DNA from: Octopus vulgaris
Taxonomy: Eukaryota
Assembly (NCBI GenBank): GCA_951406725.2
Contig: OX597833.1
Coordinates: forward strand, 72,912,001 to 72,976,000
DNA length: 64,000 nt
Direction: 5' to 3'
Shown in pieces: positions 13,637-26,346 of the stretch; the first letter of the stretch is position 1; every line of letters begins with the position of its first letter. The notes under the pieces were generated by a model. That model did not search any database. It was not told where the DNA came from and was given only the letters and a program-made list of their open reading frames with translations. Position numbers and translations under genes: made by a program.

Positions 13637-13964
13637 CAGGGTTTCTTAAATGTTTTCACCCAACGAACCCGTTCGTCACACCCGACTGTATTGAGGGGTA
13701 CCCCTTGTGAAAAATATGTTGTAAAATGGTTGAATACCATTAAAAAAATAATTAATTAAATCGTTAATGTCATCAAAGTTATTAAATATCGAAGTCAACA
13801 CTTTTTCTAGAAATATTGTTAAATTTGACAGTGCACCAATTGAAAAATAGTGGTTTGTGAGTAAAAATCTAATGGGGGTGAGATTTTTACAAAACTCTCC
13901 TGCTCTCCGCTAACTCTTTGTGTACCCATAAGATTACATTGTATCCTGGCTGAAGAAACCCCTG
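13637..13964. mobile_element. hAT/Charlie-like MITE (decayed)
   Basis: TIRs CAGGGTTTCTT / AAGAAACCCCTG. Flanking 8-mers ATCTAAAG and AAGTAAAA match 5/8 and loosely fit the NTCTAGAN target. Confidence 0.55.
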
Positions 13965-14594
13965 AAGTAAAATTTCAGACTTTTTCTCTCCATCCGAGAG
14001 TAAACGAAACGTCGACTTTGTCAGAGGATTTCCTCAAGCGCCAGCGATAGCAGTTTCAATCCAACGGTGGATCACCTACATGGTCGTTCCACCTGCTGGA
14101 ATCAGCAGCCAAATGTCCTTCACAAGAACAAGATGGCATTGGATAATATAGGACTAACAAAGAAATCGAACTCTGTTCTGCCAACTTCACACGAACTTTG
14201 CCAACTTCACACGAACTTTCTCTGCTTCCCCATTGAAGCAGTAAGTGGTTGAGTATTCCAGATCCATGTATAATCCTCGGGCAGAGCCAGAAGAGTGAGA
14301 GAAGGCTTTGAATTAATAGGAAGATTCTATCCGATAGGCTTCTGTACAGTTTCTGTCGACCAACATGACTGGAAGCTTGAGTTGAGGTCATTGCCTAAGA
14401 CGCGATTGCAAAGTGAGCTTCTTCGCCCTTTGACTACTCTCCGTCTACAATATAGAACTAAATAACAAAAACAGAAATAAACACTGCGTAGGTTGTCTCA
14501 AAGGGGAATGTCTTTGACAATCGGCTGAGGGCTAATCTAGGGCAAAAAGCACATTCATCATTCTTCATTCCCAGACAAAGAGAAACACCAGAAT

Positions 14595-14694
14595 NNNNNN
14601 NNNNNNNNNNNNNNNNNNNNNNNNNNNNNNNNNNNNNNNNNNNNNNNNNNNNNNNNNNNNNNNNNNNNNNNNNNNNNNNNNNNNNNNNNNNNNN
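14595..14694. other. Assembly gap (100 N)
   Basis: Run of N. Confidence 1.
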
Positions 14695-17239
14695 CACTTC
14701 ACTGTCCCTTATTATATGTACATAGAACGAAAGAGCGTCACTGAAGCTAGCATTTGAAAAGAGTAATTCAAATGGAAATGTTTATGAGAGAAGGAAAAGA
14801 CTCAATGATCGAGTGGCTATGGAGTTCGATTTGCAACCACGTCATTTTCCATGTTGAATACTTCTGCGGGACACGGGGAGCAAGTTTCTGCCACAACTGT
14901 GGCTTGGCTCCTGCTTTCTGCGTGACATTCAGCAGAAGGGAAACTGTACAGAAACTCGCTGTGTGTGTGCGCGCGCGCACACAACTGATAATCCTTACTG
15001 AACGTCAACAGTTCAATTACTTTGAAAGAATTCCTATTTCGTTCGTTTTGACAAACAAAGGAGAGAATGAGTCGATGTATATAACAAGCCTACATGGAGT
15101 AAGGTTCCTTTTGTAAACAACCATCGAGGTATAATGAGAGGCGGGTGTCGGAGATGGAATGAGGCGGCGACGAAGCCAGAATCGTTAGAGCATCGAATAG
15201 AATGCGTTGTGGTATTTGATTGGGGTTTTTTACGTTTCGAATTCAAATCCTGCTGAAATCAACTTCACTTTTCTGCATTCCGGGGTCAAGAAAATAATCC
15301 CCACTCATCCTTCCCCTCACCTCAATCATTTAAGAATCCTGATAAGGATCGTGAGGGATCACTCACAATATTCATTTCTAAAGGCAAAAAATAAGAGGCG
15401 GGAACGAGCGAGGGACCCTTTCCTCATAGAAGCGCTGACGTTACTGGAAATGTCCAAAGGCGGACCTTTGCAGAAGGCTTCGTAGAATGGTAAGAAACGA
15501 ATAAACGTTTGGTTAGGGTCAGTTTGTTAATGCAGTGGAACATAAAAGATGTTGGTTAGAAATAATTAAGTGGTGACGAAAATAGCCAAATGACTGATGA
15601 CTAATAGTTGACAGATGTGTTGAGTAATTTTATCTTTCTCAACAGGAAGTCTGCACGTTATCGTCCAAGTGACTAGAAATATGAGTCAAACCCAATTCAA
15701 ACACACAGAGTGACATGAGAACCTAGTGGCCAAAATACGACCTTGAAAATAGGAACCGAAATAGCTGGAAACAGTTTTAGTGACAGACAGGACGCATTCG
15801 ATTAAAGAGCTGAAACCATTTTAGAGGAATGATGCCGATCACGTAGTGAACGGGAATAGTGTCTGCGACTGAAGAAAAAACTTGACATCCAAGAACCAAA
15901 TACAAGTGTTAAACAGAGATGGATGAAGTCTGCTCTACCCCAATGAGCTTCTAAAGTTTCCTTCAACAAAATTTAATGGACAAGGAGTTGGGCGACCAGA
16001 TACACTTGCTTACTTGTGGTCCATCTGAGAGTGCTGAGGCTGCTTCTCCCAGAATCTAGAAATGGGGTCACCTGCTTGACTGGGATAATGTCAGAGAACC
16101 TAGACAAGCTGTCTCCTCTCGGTTTATTCTACAGCGGCTTCTGCTTCCCAAAGCTGTTTGGGTTGATGCCGCCTCCACCGAGGAAGGCACTTATCCTGTA
16201 GATAAGAGGGCGCAATATGAGGGAGGTTTGATTGCTATATCTAGTAGGTGAGTGAGGGGGCACAACACTAATCACTCCCCACCCACCCCCATCCCAGTCC
16301 TTCCTTTCTAAAAAGATCATCCCCCTGGAATCCCATGCCTGCTCCTGTCTTTACTCATGAGTGCTGTCTTATAAAGGGTCAATAGAAACAGGAATGGCAT
16401 CGATCACAATGGTGTAGATGAGAGGGTGCGTGAGGTAAAGGCTATGGGCCTTGCCCCGTCCTTTACACTCAAATAAAGACAAAACAAAAAATAATGAGTT
16501 GAGTGCAACTCGTAACTGCATCGCTGTGAAACGAACTTGTGAAGCACAACTTTCTGGCTAATTGACACGGTGAAGAAGAGAGTAATGAGTAATGTGTTAT
16601 TTCCGTGAGACAACTCCAAACAGGTTTTGGCCTTGGAAACCATGAAACGAGTGTAGACTTCACAGCAATTGGCCGATTAGTGATGAGAGAAATGTTGATC
16701 AGATTTACGAACTCTATACACAGTCTGGGTGGAGTTGTTGTTGTTGTTGTTCTGAGAAAAACTCAACTGGACAGATTTAAATTAGATGACCACACAAGCA
16801 CTAACTGGGGTCGACTCATTCGACTAAAAACAAGGCGGTGCTCCAGCATGGCCACACTCAAATGACAAACAACTAAAAGGTAAAAGTCATTATAATTCGG
16901 CATATCCCCCCCCCCCCTTATCAACAAACATCATAACATTTTTCCCCATTTGTAAAAATCAGCCAAGTGATGGAAACGGATTTCCAAAAAGACTTTTGCT
17001 GATGAGGTTTAGAAAGACCGAAACATTGCAGGGGGCCCCCCCCCCCCAAGAGATCGCGTTTCAATTCTTTAAGACTCGAAATTTAATTTCCTGTTAAATT
17101 CGATCTTAATTTCTTGAAAATCACTCCACCCTACCCCACCCTGGATACAAACAACTACCAACTAAGAGGCAAATTTCAATTCATCCATAATTCAGTCCAG
17201 GGCCTAATCACGATGTTCCTTCCATCAGAAATTATGACT

Positions 17240-17555
17240 GTGGTGAGGATCATTTCGCAAAAACGTGGTTTCGGTTTCGATCCCACATTGCAGCACTTTG
17301 GGCAAAATATCTAATGTAGGCCAGGATGGACCACTGTTATCTGAACGAACTCAGTCAACGGAAACTATGCGGAAACCTGTCGTAAATATACAAACATATG
17401 AGGGAAGGGTGCGCATGCGTGCTTATGCCACATTGCTTGATAACCGATATAGGTTTGTTTACGTCCCCGTAAAAGAATGAGAACTGAAATCGATTTGTCC
17501 GATTGAGAAAGTCTTCCAGGTAGTGCTACAGCATGGCCGCAGACAACGGAAACAA
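17240..17555 (+). mobile_element. Degenerate family A SINE
   Basis: GGTTTCGATCCCAC..GCAGCACTTTGGGCAA, ACGGAAACT, TTTACGTCCCCGTAA, GTGCTACAGCATGGCCGCAG. Confidence 0.6.
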
Positions 17556-17604
17556 AAATTATTTCTATGTACAAAAACCAGTCACTTTGAGGAGAGGGAC
17601 TAGT

Positions 17605-17720
17605 CGATAACATTGACCCCCCCCCCCCAATACATGACTGGTACTTTATTTTTATCGATCCCGGCAGGATGAAAGACAAAACTGACCACGGCGGATTTGA
17701 ACTCAGAATGCAAAAGAAGA
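17605..17720 (-). mobile_element. tRNA-derived SINE (family B) fragment
   Basis: TAGTCGAT..CATTGACCCC...CTGGTACTTTATTT...GGATGAAAGACAAA...GGCGGATTTGAACTCAGAA, same as copies at 19197-19645 and 46005-46220. Confidence 0.75.
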
Positions 17721-19034
17721 TTCCGTCCTACGCTCGAGCGACAGACGGTTCGACGTCCAAAGATCGCCCCTTCGCCCCAACACCATTTCAAAGAAGCAAC
17801 AAATATTTTCTATTTCTAAAATCCTTTCCCCATCTCCACCCATCCAACAGAGATCAATCTCAGAAAAGTTAAAGAAAACTGCTTCAAGTATCGGAAACTG
17901 ATTTTTAATCACCCGCTACCCCTACCCCCAGCTAAGCCATTTCCTTCTTATAAAACAGGAAATTCTGCTCTTAACACTTGGACTTGAACCAACTGTCCTC
18001 AACCAAAAGTCTCAGCTGTGATTATAAATACACGCGCGCGCGCGAGCACCACTGATACACGTATGAGAGAGAGAGAAAGAAGAGAAGTTGAGTGTTTTCC
18101 CCCCTAATTGACAAACAGCAGGCGTCTCCCGTACAAAGTGCCGTTTAAACGATATTTCTATGTTTATCCTATTTAAGACACGGAAGGAGATTTGCTTTTT
18201 TTGTTGCTTTTTAAAACATTTTTATGGACAAGTAACACGGTTCTGAATGCAAACCTCCCTACCCTTTAATTACATTAGCGTCCGCTTAATTTCTCCCCCC
18301 CCCCTTTTGTTTTCCATTCAGCAGGAGTCCCCTGGGTATTTATTTCCAAAGAACCACCTTATTGTTCTTTGAAACTACCACGCTTCTACAAATGCATTAT
18401 ATATTTCTATCACACACACACATACATAAGAAAAAGATCTTTTTTTAAATCAGCCAGTGACAGACCAATGTCCCCCAGCCCTGGGGCCAGAGGGGTGAAG
18501 GATGAGAGTTCTAAACTTCACCTACAACGGAAAATTTAAGGGGAGGCTACTGACCCATTGGACTTTCTCATCATCAAAACCATAATTATTGTTAACAACC
18601 TTCATGTGACGAGAAACACTTTAGCATTTTAGATTTTTTAAATTTCAACGTTATCTCCTCTCCCTTTGATCAGAATTTTGCTTGTGATGAAAATGAGGGC
18701 GAGATACGGAGGGAGGGAAATATTTGGTTCTTTTAAAAAAGAAAAAGTTGATTTGACATGGCTGCTCCAAGCCAAAAGTGTTACCTCTGGATGAACATTG
18801 AACCTGCTAGAAATATCAGCCATACCATCCTCCCTGTTTAAAAAAAGTGGTGGATGAGACAGGGCAAGGTTGGAATGTCATATCACAGGTTTGTTTGGTG
18901 TTAAACCTACTAAGATGACATCTAGTTCCACTCCTTCGTGACTGAAGTGTTTAGCAGAGTTAAGGGGAAAGAGACATTCCAGCTGGACAAATATTTGCTT
19001 TAGAAATTTATATAAACATATTGTCATTTAGATA

Positions 19035-19145
19035 ATAACATTCAGACAAATACATAACCGAAACACCAAGACATGCGAATGTATAGGACATGCAGAACTA
19101 CTCGCCACTGCGCACATCCTGCGTAAAGCACTTTCAATACAGTGA
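19035..19145 (+). mobile_element. 3' terminal fragment of an R4/Dong-type non-LTR retrotransposon
   Basis: Translates ...DKYITETP.../LLATAHILRKALSIQ*, the typical C-terminus of RLE-bearing R4/Dong ORFs. Confidence 0.65.
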
Positions 19146-19154
19146 AAATAACAT

Positions 19155-19425
19155 TCGGCGGAATTTGAACTCAGAACATAACGACAGATGAAATACCTAT
19201 TTCTTTAATACCCACAAGGGGCTAAACACAGAGAGGACAAACATGGACAAAGGGATTAAGTCGATTATATCGACCCAGGTGCGTAACTGGTACTTATTTA
19301 ATTGACCCCGAAAGGATGAGAGGCAAAGTCGACCTCGGCGGAATTTGAACTCAGAACGTAACGGCAGACGAAATACGGCTACGCATTTCGCCAGGGGCGC
19401 TAACGTTTCTGTCAGATCGCCGCCT
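19155..19425 (-). mobile_element. tRNA-derived SINE (family B), full copy plus head fragment of another
   Basis: On minus strand: GGCGGCGATCTGACAGAA head, B box GAGTTCAAATTCC, central CCGAGGTCGACTTTGCCTCTCATCCTTTCGGGGTC..TAAGTACCAGT, tail TTAGCCCCTTGTGGG..TAAAGAAATAGG. Confidence 0.88.
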
Positions 19426-19429
19426 TAAT

Positions 19430-19645
19430 AACAATCCTTTCTACTTAAGGCGCAAGGTCTGAAATTTTGGGGGAGAGAACTAGTCGATTACATCGACCCC
19501 AATATCCAACTGGTACTCTTTTTATCGACCCCCGAAAGGATGAAAGGCCAAGTCAACCTCGACGGTATTTGAACTCAGAACAAGTGGATGAAATGCCGCT
19601 AAGCATTTTACCCGCGTGCTAACGATTCCGCCAACTCGCCGCCTT
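19430..19645 (-). mobile_element. tRNA-derived SINE (family B)
   Basis: Same head, B box and central domain as the adjacent copy; different tail. Confidence 0.85.
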
Positions 19646-19655
19646 AATAATAATA

Positions 19656-20723
19656 AACAAAGAACTACATCTCAAATGCGATACTGACAGACTGCATGTG
19701 CCTAGAAAGAGGGGACGATGAAGATCTGTGTTGTCAAACAGCCGAGTGGAATCTCGTCTGCCGCTGTCAGAATTAACAATACAAATTCCTACCGAAAATG
19801 TGATGCATTTAAGAAACAGTTAAGAAACAAGATGAAGAATAAACAGCTGGAAAATGAAACTACGTTATGGGCAAAATAGCTCAGAGAAATCGAAGGAGAG
19901 ACAAGACCAACACTTGGAGATGGCTAAGAAAAAGTGATCTGAAAGGATGCAGTGAGGCATTGATATGGAGAGGCCAGGAAGAAGCTCTGAGAACTAATTA
20001 CACCAAGTTCCAAATGGATAAGAGTAACGAATCGCTCCTTTGTAGGATGTGTGGCAGCAGAAACGAAACAATCTCACATGTTGTGAGTGAGTGTAGCAAA
20101 CTGACTCAAAAGCACTACAAAAGGAAACACGATAACACGGCTAAGTAGGTCCAGTGGAGGATATGTGAGAAGGATGGCCTGAACAGAGCACGGAAATGGC
20201 ACGAAGGAGTCACTGGGAACAAGGAACATAAGATGCTGTGGGATTTTATAATACAATGCGACTCCCTAATTGAGGCTCGGAAACCAGATATTGCTGTGGT
20301 AGATAAAGGGAGAAAAATGAAACCAAGATCATGGATATTACAATACCTGGAGATGCACGCATAAGAGACAAAGAAATAGAAAAGATTGAAAAGTAGAGAC
20401 TAGTAAAAGACGAAATTGCAAGAATGTAGACTATGAGGAGAGTGTCAGTCGTTCCAGCAGTTGAAAGCACCAAGAACCAAGTTTGAGAAATATGTCAGAG
20501 AAATCGGAATTGACATGAGAGCAGAGCAAGCCCCCAAAACTGCTCTGCAGGGGACAGCTAGGACTTTGAGATTGGTGCTTGGATGATGAATGTCTCCCAC
20601 GATAATTAACAACCAAGCTTATAATGTGCGGAAAGAGAACCTGTGAGACCTCTGATAGCAGAATCTACCAGAACAACCAAGACCGAATGTTCTGAGAAGT
20701 AAAACAATAATAATAATAATAAT
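19656..20723 (+). mobile_element. 5'-truncated, decayed R4/Dong-clade non-LTR retrotransposon (CCHC knuckle + restriction-like endonuclease)
   Basis: Starts ELHLKCDTDRLHVPRKRG (RT C-term motif). Then QEEALRTNY, CRMCGSRNETISHVVSEC (CCHC), LWDFIIQCD..IEARKPDIAVVDK, DITIPGD..IRDKEIEKIEK (PD-D..K nuclease) with stops and frameshifts. (TAA)n at both ends. Confidence 0.92.
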
Positions 20724-22042
20724 CTTTTAATAATGATCGATGCCAGTATTTTTAAAAAATTAGGTTGCACAGCGTAACTTTCCAAAAGCCAAGTGGTTGA
20801 GGGATTGGACAAGTTGACTAATATTTAATAATGTGTTCGAGGACGAACAAACCACGACTTTTTCCTGTTCATTTAAGTTTATTAAACCTAAAATATTAAT
20901 GAGGGTAGAAGTATAAGTCTAATTGGAACGAAGATCAGCATCTATGGCGTTTGATAGAAGAAAGACTTGTGAAGTTACTCTCAGACCGGTGACATGAACC
21001 CGAATGCAGGCAACAGGCGACGGTCCAATTGTCCTACGAAAACGGGGACGAACTGTTGAAGGGATTCGGTCGTTTGCGTCGTTCACCAAATTTCACCCGC
21101 TGAGGGTTTAGCTGTAACAAGTGCCGTGCAATGGAACCGAAACCAAAGTCACCTGGTAAGCTTAACCACACTACAATGCCTGGGCTTACACTGCAGTCGC
21201 GAGGGCGTGTGGCTGTACAGATTACATCTTAATTCAATTAACTCTTTAACGAGACTGAAATATCTACACACAATACGAAGGGAAGAATTAACAAAAACAC
21301 CATTTTCCCCCTTCGTAGGGTCATCACTACATTTCAGGCCATAAGAAAACTGCTGACCAGTTTTTTCTCCGACACCAAAATTTGTTTATGTAAAGAGAAA
21401 GTCCAATTGGTATCGATCTGTGGTGTTTTAACGGTCGTCCGATAAAGGAAATCACCCGTGGAGATTGATTTTAATTTAAATGTTATTAATAAAACTCTCA
21501 ATGTGAGAAGCATTGGAGCCTATTTCAAGCACGGATATAATAAACGGTGCTGTAGCACAATGTCTCATCCACTTTGTTTTTTCGGGTGGTGTAGATTAAG
21601 TTAATTCGGCTGCTATTTCTAGCAAATCGAAAGCTCACCCAAAGCTTTCGTTTTTGTTGTATATGAGCTTTGTAACTTCCGGTATGTCCGCAAAGAAAGT
21701 TCGAACCTGATTAAAATTACATAACTTTAAATGCTTGAAACTTCCTTAGTTTCAGAATGAAAAAAATGGGACTTTCGTGATCAACTTTCAAAGCTACATC
21801 AGTGTAAAAAAATATGGGGGGAAAAAATCTGAAAATTTGGAATCAAATGGTCTGAAGAAATTTAAGATCCAAACTGAAAAAGTTTCAAGAGAAACCCACG
21901 ACCACCACCGCAAATTTTTTTTTTTTTTTTACAGAAGCATAATCTACAGTCGTTAAAAGATGAACATCGGAAGAAATGAGTTTTGGAAGCAGAAGATAAC
22001 TCTTGAAATGGTTTGATGAGAATTAACTCAATAGTAAATAAA

Positions 22043-22090
<48 letters not shown>

Positions 22091-22968
22091 GACACGGGAA
22101 CAGGAATTATGTAATGACCTTCATTAGCTCACAGCTGTTTCTGCTACCAGGTGCAGTGCACTAAAAGCTGAGTGCTTCTGCACCACCTGTGCTTCTGTAA
22201 TGAAGTGCATTTCCAGCCATGCCTACTACACCCATTAGTATATTTCAGTCATTAATACAATGGTACAATGGTAACCCAGTTTGTTGAGTTGCTTTAGAAG
22301 TGGTGGGAGGTATTAATGGGTGATGGTGGGAGGAGGAGGAGACGTCCTTGTTAAACACAAAAAACGGAGAGGAGGGGGGAGAGAGTGTAGTCTCTCAACC
22401 TGTAAAGATAGTAGACACTTGCACTCAAACCACACCCTTAAACAAGCTTGCCCCCCCCCCCACGCCTAAAATGCCTTCAATGAAGTCTGCTGAATCAGGT
22501 TAAACAAACAATGGCTGACAAACAAACAACTTCCATTGAATCTACCCTTAAGGACCTGGGATTGAAAAGAGACCCCATTTACCAGCAAATATCAGTTGAC
22601 ATGTTACCCTTTACTTGTGTCACTCATGGCACTGCAGCCCTTCTGGGGCAACGCCTTGAGTGTATAATCAAACAAATCAATCCTAGTACTTATTCTATCA
22701 GTCTCTTTAACCAAATCCCTAGGGGTACGTAAATAACCCAACACCGGGTTTTCAAGTGGCGGGGTGGGGGACAAAGAAGCACGCAATGGGCCTAAGGATA
22801 TAGTAGGAGATACTTGCCCAAGGTACTGCACAGTAAGACAGAACTTGAGACCACGTTCATGTTGTTCAAGTCTGACAGATGTCATGTGATTTGAGGGGAG
22901 AAATAATCATAAGCATTCCAATATGACCATCCTGTCTGATAGGATATGTTTCTATGTATCTTTTAGAC

Positions 22969-23317
22969 CAGTGCTTCTCAACTGAGGCCCATATGGCCTA
23001 TGAGGGTCCAGATAACATTCGGGTGGGGTGGGGGAGAAATCCACACAACTAACAAATTGGGGATCCACAATAGTATTTTAAGGGCCCCTAAAAACATTTT
23101 GTTTTAGATGTATAGACTGGTATCGCAAGAAACAGCTGGGTTTCTTTAACATTTTGCATAATTCAACCGACACAAGTTGATGTCAGAAAAACAGAATAGG
23201 AATTTGGAAAAAAGTATAAAACTAGTTTTTAAACGTTGAATGGTCATGGCTGTCCACCAGAATAAAACAGTAATTAAAGGGAGTCTACAGATAATAAAAA
23301 ATGCTTGATAACTCTTG
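22969..23317. mobile_element. hAT/Charlie-like MITE
   Basis: TIRs CAGTGCTTCTCAAC / GCTTGATAACTCTTG. 8-bp TSD TTTTAGAC (22961-68) / GTTTAGAC (23318-25). Splits a family C repeat. Confidence 0.75.
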
Positions 23318-23817
23318 GTTTAGACGATGGACTTCAATTTGATTGAAATTTTAACTGCTATTTCTAACAAGGCAATTGAAAGGGTCCCTTCTTTATTAGC
23401 TTTATGAATAATGATTAATGATGGCATCTTTTAACATAGATCAGGTAACTCCAAAGTCAAGATTTGTCTCTTGAAATGAAGGACTATATTTGTAACAAGT
23501 ATCAAAATTTGACCTCAGGGTTGCTGTGACCCCAGAGGATTCTAGACCATGAAAGAAGTTCCACTCATATTTATATCATTCTCCCAGCAAAGCCACACAT
23601 CATGTGTTGGAGCCACCTTTGAGAGGAATCGTAAAATGGTTGGATACAATCATAAAAACAAACATCATTTGTTTATTATATTTACTTTCAAACAAAGAAT
23701 TGGTTATATAAATATTATTTACTTAATCTGAGTACTATTGAAAATTAGTTGCTTGTGATTATACTCCCATAATTAGTCCAGCAGACCCTTGAAGATGTGA
23801 AAACTCATATATATATA

Positions 23818-23820
<3 letters not shown>

Positions 23821-23887
<67 letters not shown>

Positions 23888-23903
23888 TGTGTGTGTGTGT
23901 GTG
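23821..23903. repeat. (GA)n(GT)n microsatellite
   Basis: Directly visible. Confidence 0.98.
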
Positions 23904-24511
23904 CACCTTGCAAATAATCCCCTTTGCAATTAATTCTACAGCAACACAATGCTTTGATTTTTAATTCTAAATCATTTCGTACAAATTATTAACACCTCAA
24001 AAAAAGAACACTTCTCTCTTAGAGAGAGAGAGAGAGACAGAAGAATAAAAATGAAGGCACAGCCCCAGCTGTGACTTTCCTTTGCATTCAAGGAATTAGA
24101 AAACTTGTGGAAAGTTGCTGACAATCTTGCTGCTTTGCTTTCCAACTCATCAATAATTCCACTTACTCTTCCTTTTTTGAGCTGAAATACTGAGTGAGGA
24201 GAAAGGAAAAGAGAAACAGCAAATCTAAGATTTGGAACTAAAGGATTATCAACCCGGATTTAAACAGGTATTGAATCTTGATTTAAGCCCAGAATAAAGC
24301 AAGCATTCTCAAAGGAGAAAGAAAGGATTATTGGGGCAAAAATATTTAAAGCATCCTCATCTTCCAGTTGGTGTTTCTACAAATTATCGTTTAGTTCTAA
24401 ACAATCATTTCCAATTGATAATCAGCGGTGTTTCAACCACAACCATTCCTGTTTGGTTTTTATATTAACCTGTCTTTCCTTTAGCATGGTAATCAATAGT
24501 TTAAAAGGAAT

Positions 24512-24670
24512 CCTGCTATTTCTAGCAAGCCAAATGAGGCCCTAAAAAAAGCTGTTATTTCTAGCAAGCCAAATGAGGCCCAAAAAAAAGCTGTTATTTC
24601 TAGCAAGCCAAATGAGCCCCTAAAAAAAGCTGTTATTTCTAGCAAGCCAAATGAGGCCCTAAAAAAAGCT
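24512..24670. repeat. Minisatellite, 4 x 39 bp, derived from the family C motif
   Basis: Unit GCTGTTATTTCTAGCAAGCCAAATGAGGCCCTAAAAAAA starting at ~24512, 24551, 24590, 24629. Confidence 0.95.
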
Positions 24671-25070
24671 TCTTGTTGGATCATGTTTCTACAACTTCAT
24701 ACAAAATGGTGTACTTATGAACGTGAGAAATTTGTCTGCTCAAAAATAGAAGTAATTGTTGTTGAAAGAACAATGACCATGGGAACAGGGACGGACAAGC
24801 AACAATAACGATTTCATTCTATCAAAGTCATGCTTCAGCCTAAAGTTCACATAGAAACATGTTCGCAGTTCCGGGTTTCATGACACTGTCACACTCGGCC
24901 ACGTTTCATCCTTTCTGGGGCCCCAAAAAGCAGGAGTTATCTAGAACGGAGTATTTCCCCACAAAATGAAATTATTAAGGAATGAAAGCAACCAAAAAGA
25001 ATATCAATGAAATCCTATAAAACGGTTAATGTGGCATCGTCAGAATTAACCAAGATCCATCACATATCAT

Positions 25071-25365
25071 TCACTGGTTTCAGCCAGAGGCTGGGGCCAT
25101 GCTGGAGTACTGCCTTTCAGCGTGTTTAGGTTTCTTTTCTCTACTGTTTTTGGTGCAAGAGCAAGTTGAGTGAAGCTGCTGTTCTTTGGGCCCCTTATTT
25201 TCATGAGGTTTCATTTGATATTTCAGATAAGAATTTCCCCAGATGCTCTTTGAAGACCTCCGCATCTACACCTTGCAAATCTCTGAGGTTGTTTGGCAGA
25301 ATACGGGATAGTTGAGGACCCTTGAAAACCAAGCTGTTACAGTACTGGGTTCTTAAGAATGGCAA
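25071..25365 (-). mobile_element. 3' fragment of CR1/L2-group LINE
   Basis: Minus ORF RTQYCNSLVFKGPQLSRILPNNLRDLQGVDAEVFKEHLGKFLSEISNETS; homologous to 59103-59706. Confidence 0.8.
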
Positions 25366-26299
25366 AATTAACCACCTAAAGTGTATCAAATGTTAACAGG
25401 ATAGAGAACCATCAACAGCAGACATATTAAAAGATGACATCGTTCACCCTTTTTTGCAGTCTAGCCTAGGGAACGGTGATTGGCTGTATGACGTTGTCTA
25501 CTAATACCAAAAGATTTCCGACTTTTCTGTAATCACATTCAACTTTTTGCCCTCAAAAAAACTTTGACCCAGAAAAAAAAAATCTATTTTGGGGCCCTGA
25601 AATCGAACCAGTATCCTTTGGAAAATGTATTAACCTTCCAGTTGACTAAGGTCTTCAGAAAAATTTAGGAAACTACGGAAGCCCGTCCTATGTGTATCGG
25701 TGCCAGTTAAAATACTCCCACCCCGCTCGAATTTATAATCTGTAAAAGAAGTAAATCAGAAACAGGAGAGATTTCAAGTAAATGGAAACAAGAATGTATT
25801 AAAAGCTGAAAGGGTAAGGCGAAATTTGGGGCTGGCTGTGCTGTGAATTTCCAGACCTCTTGGCAAGTGTACAGGTTGGAGAAGGGGTGCAAAATGCCAA
25901 AATTTTCTCATGAGACACAGGTCAGCCCAGGGTTATAGTAGATGACACCCAAAGCGCCGCGCAGTGGGATTGAACCCAAACTACGTAGTTATAAAGTGAG
26001 TTTCTTAACTCTACAGCCAGTGTCTGTACACGCTTGTATTAACATGACACACTTTACTGTTGTTATATTTAGCATAAAAAACGGCGAAAGTAGACGAAAG
26101 AAATGTTCTTTATTCTATGTTAAGAGAAAGTGAAGCGAGTTTTTATAGAATGGGAGGAGAATTCTCACGCTGTTCATGTAACTTAATTTGTTATGTACTG
26201 GGACAATCTACGACAAACAGACAAACCCTCGCCAGTAACCTCGTTTGTCACAACACTTCAACACCCACGAAAGCATGTTTGTAATTATATATTATATTA

Positions 26300-26346
<47 letters not shown>

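Noticed and set aside
24512-24670. CRISPR-like array
   Set aside because: Units are contiguous with no unique spacers, context is eukaryotic and no cas genes are present; same for 40081-40136.
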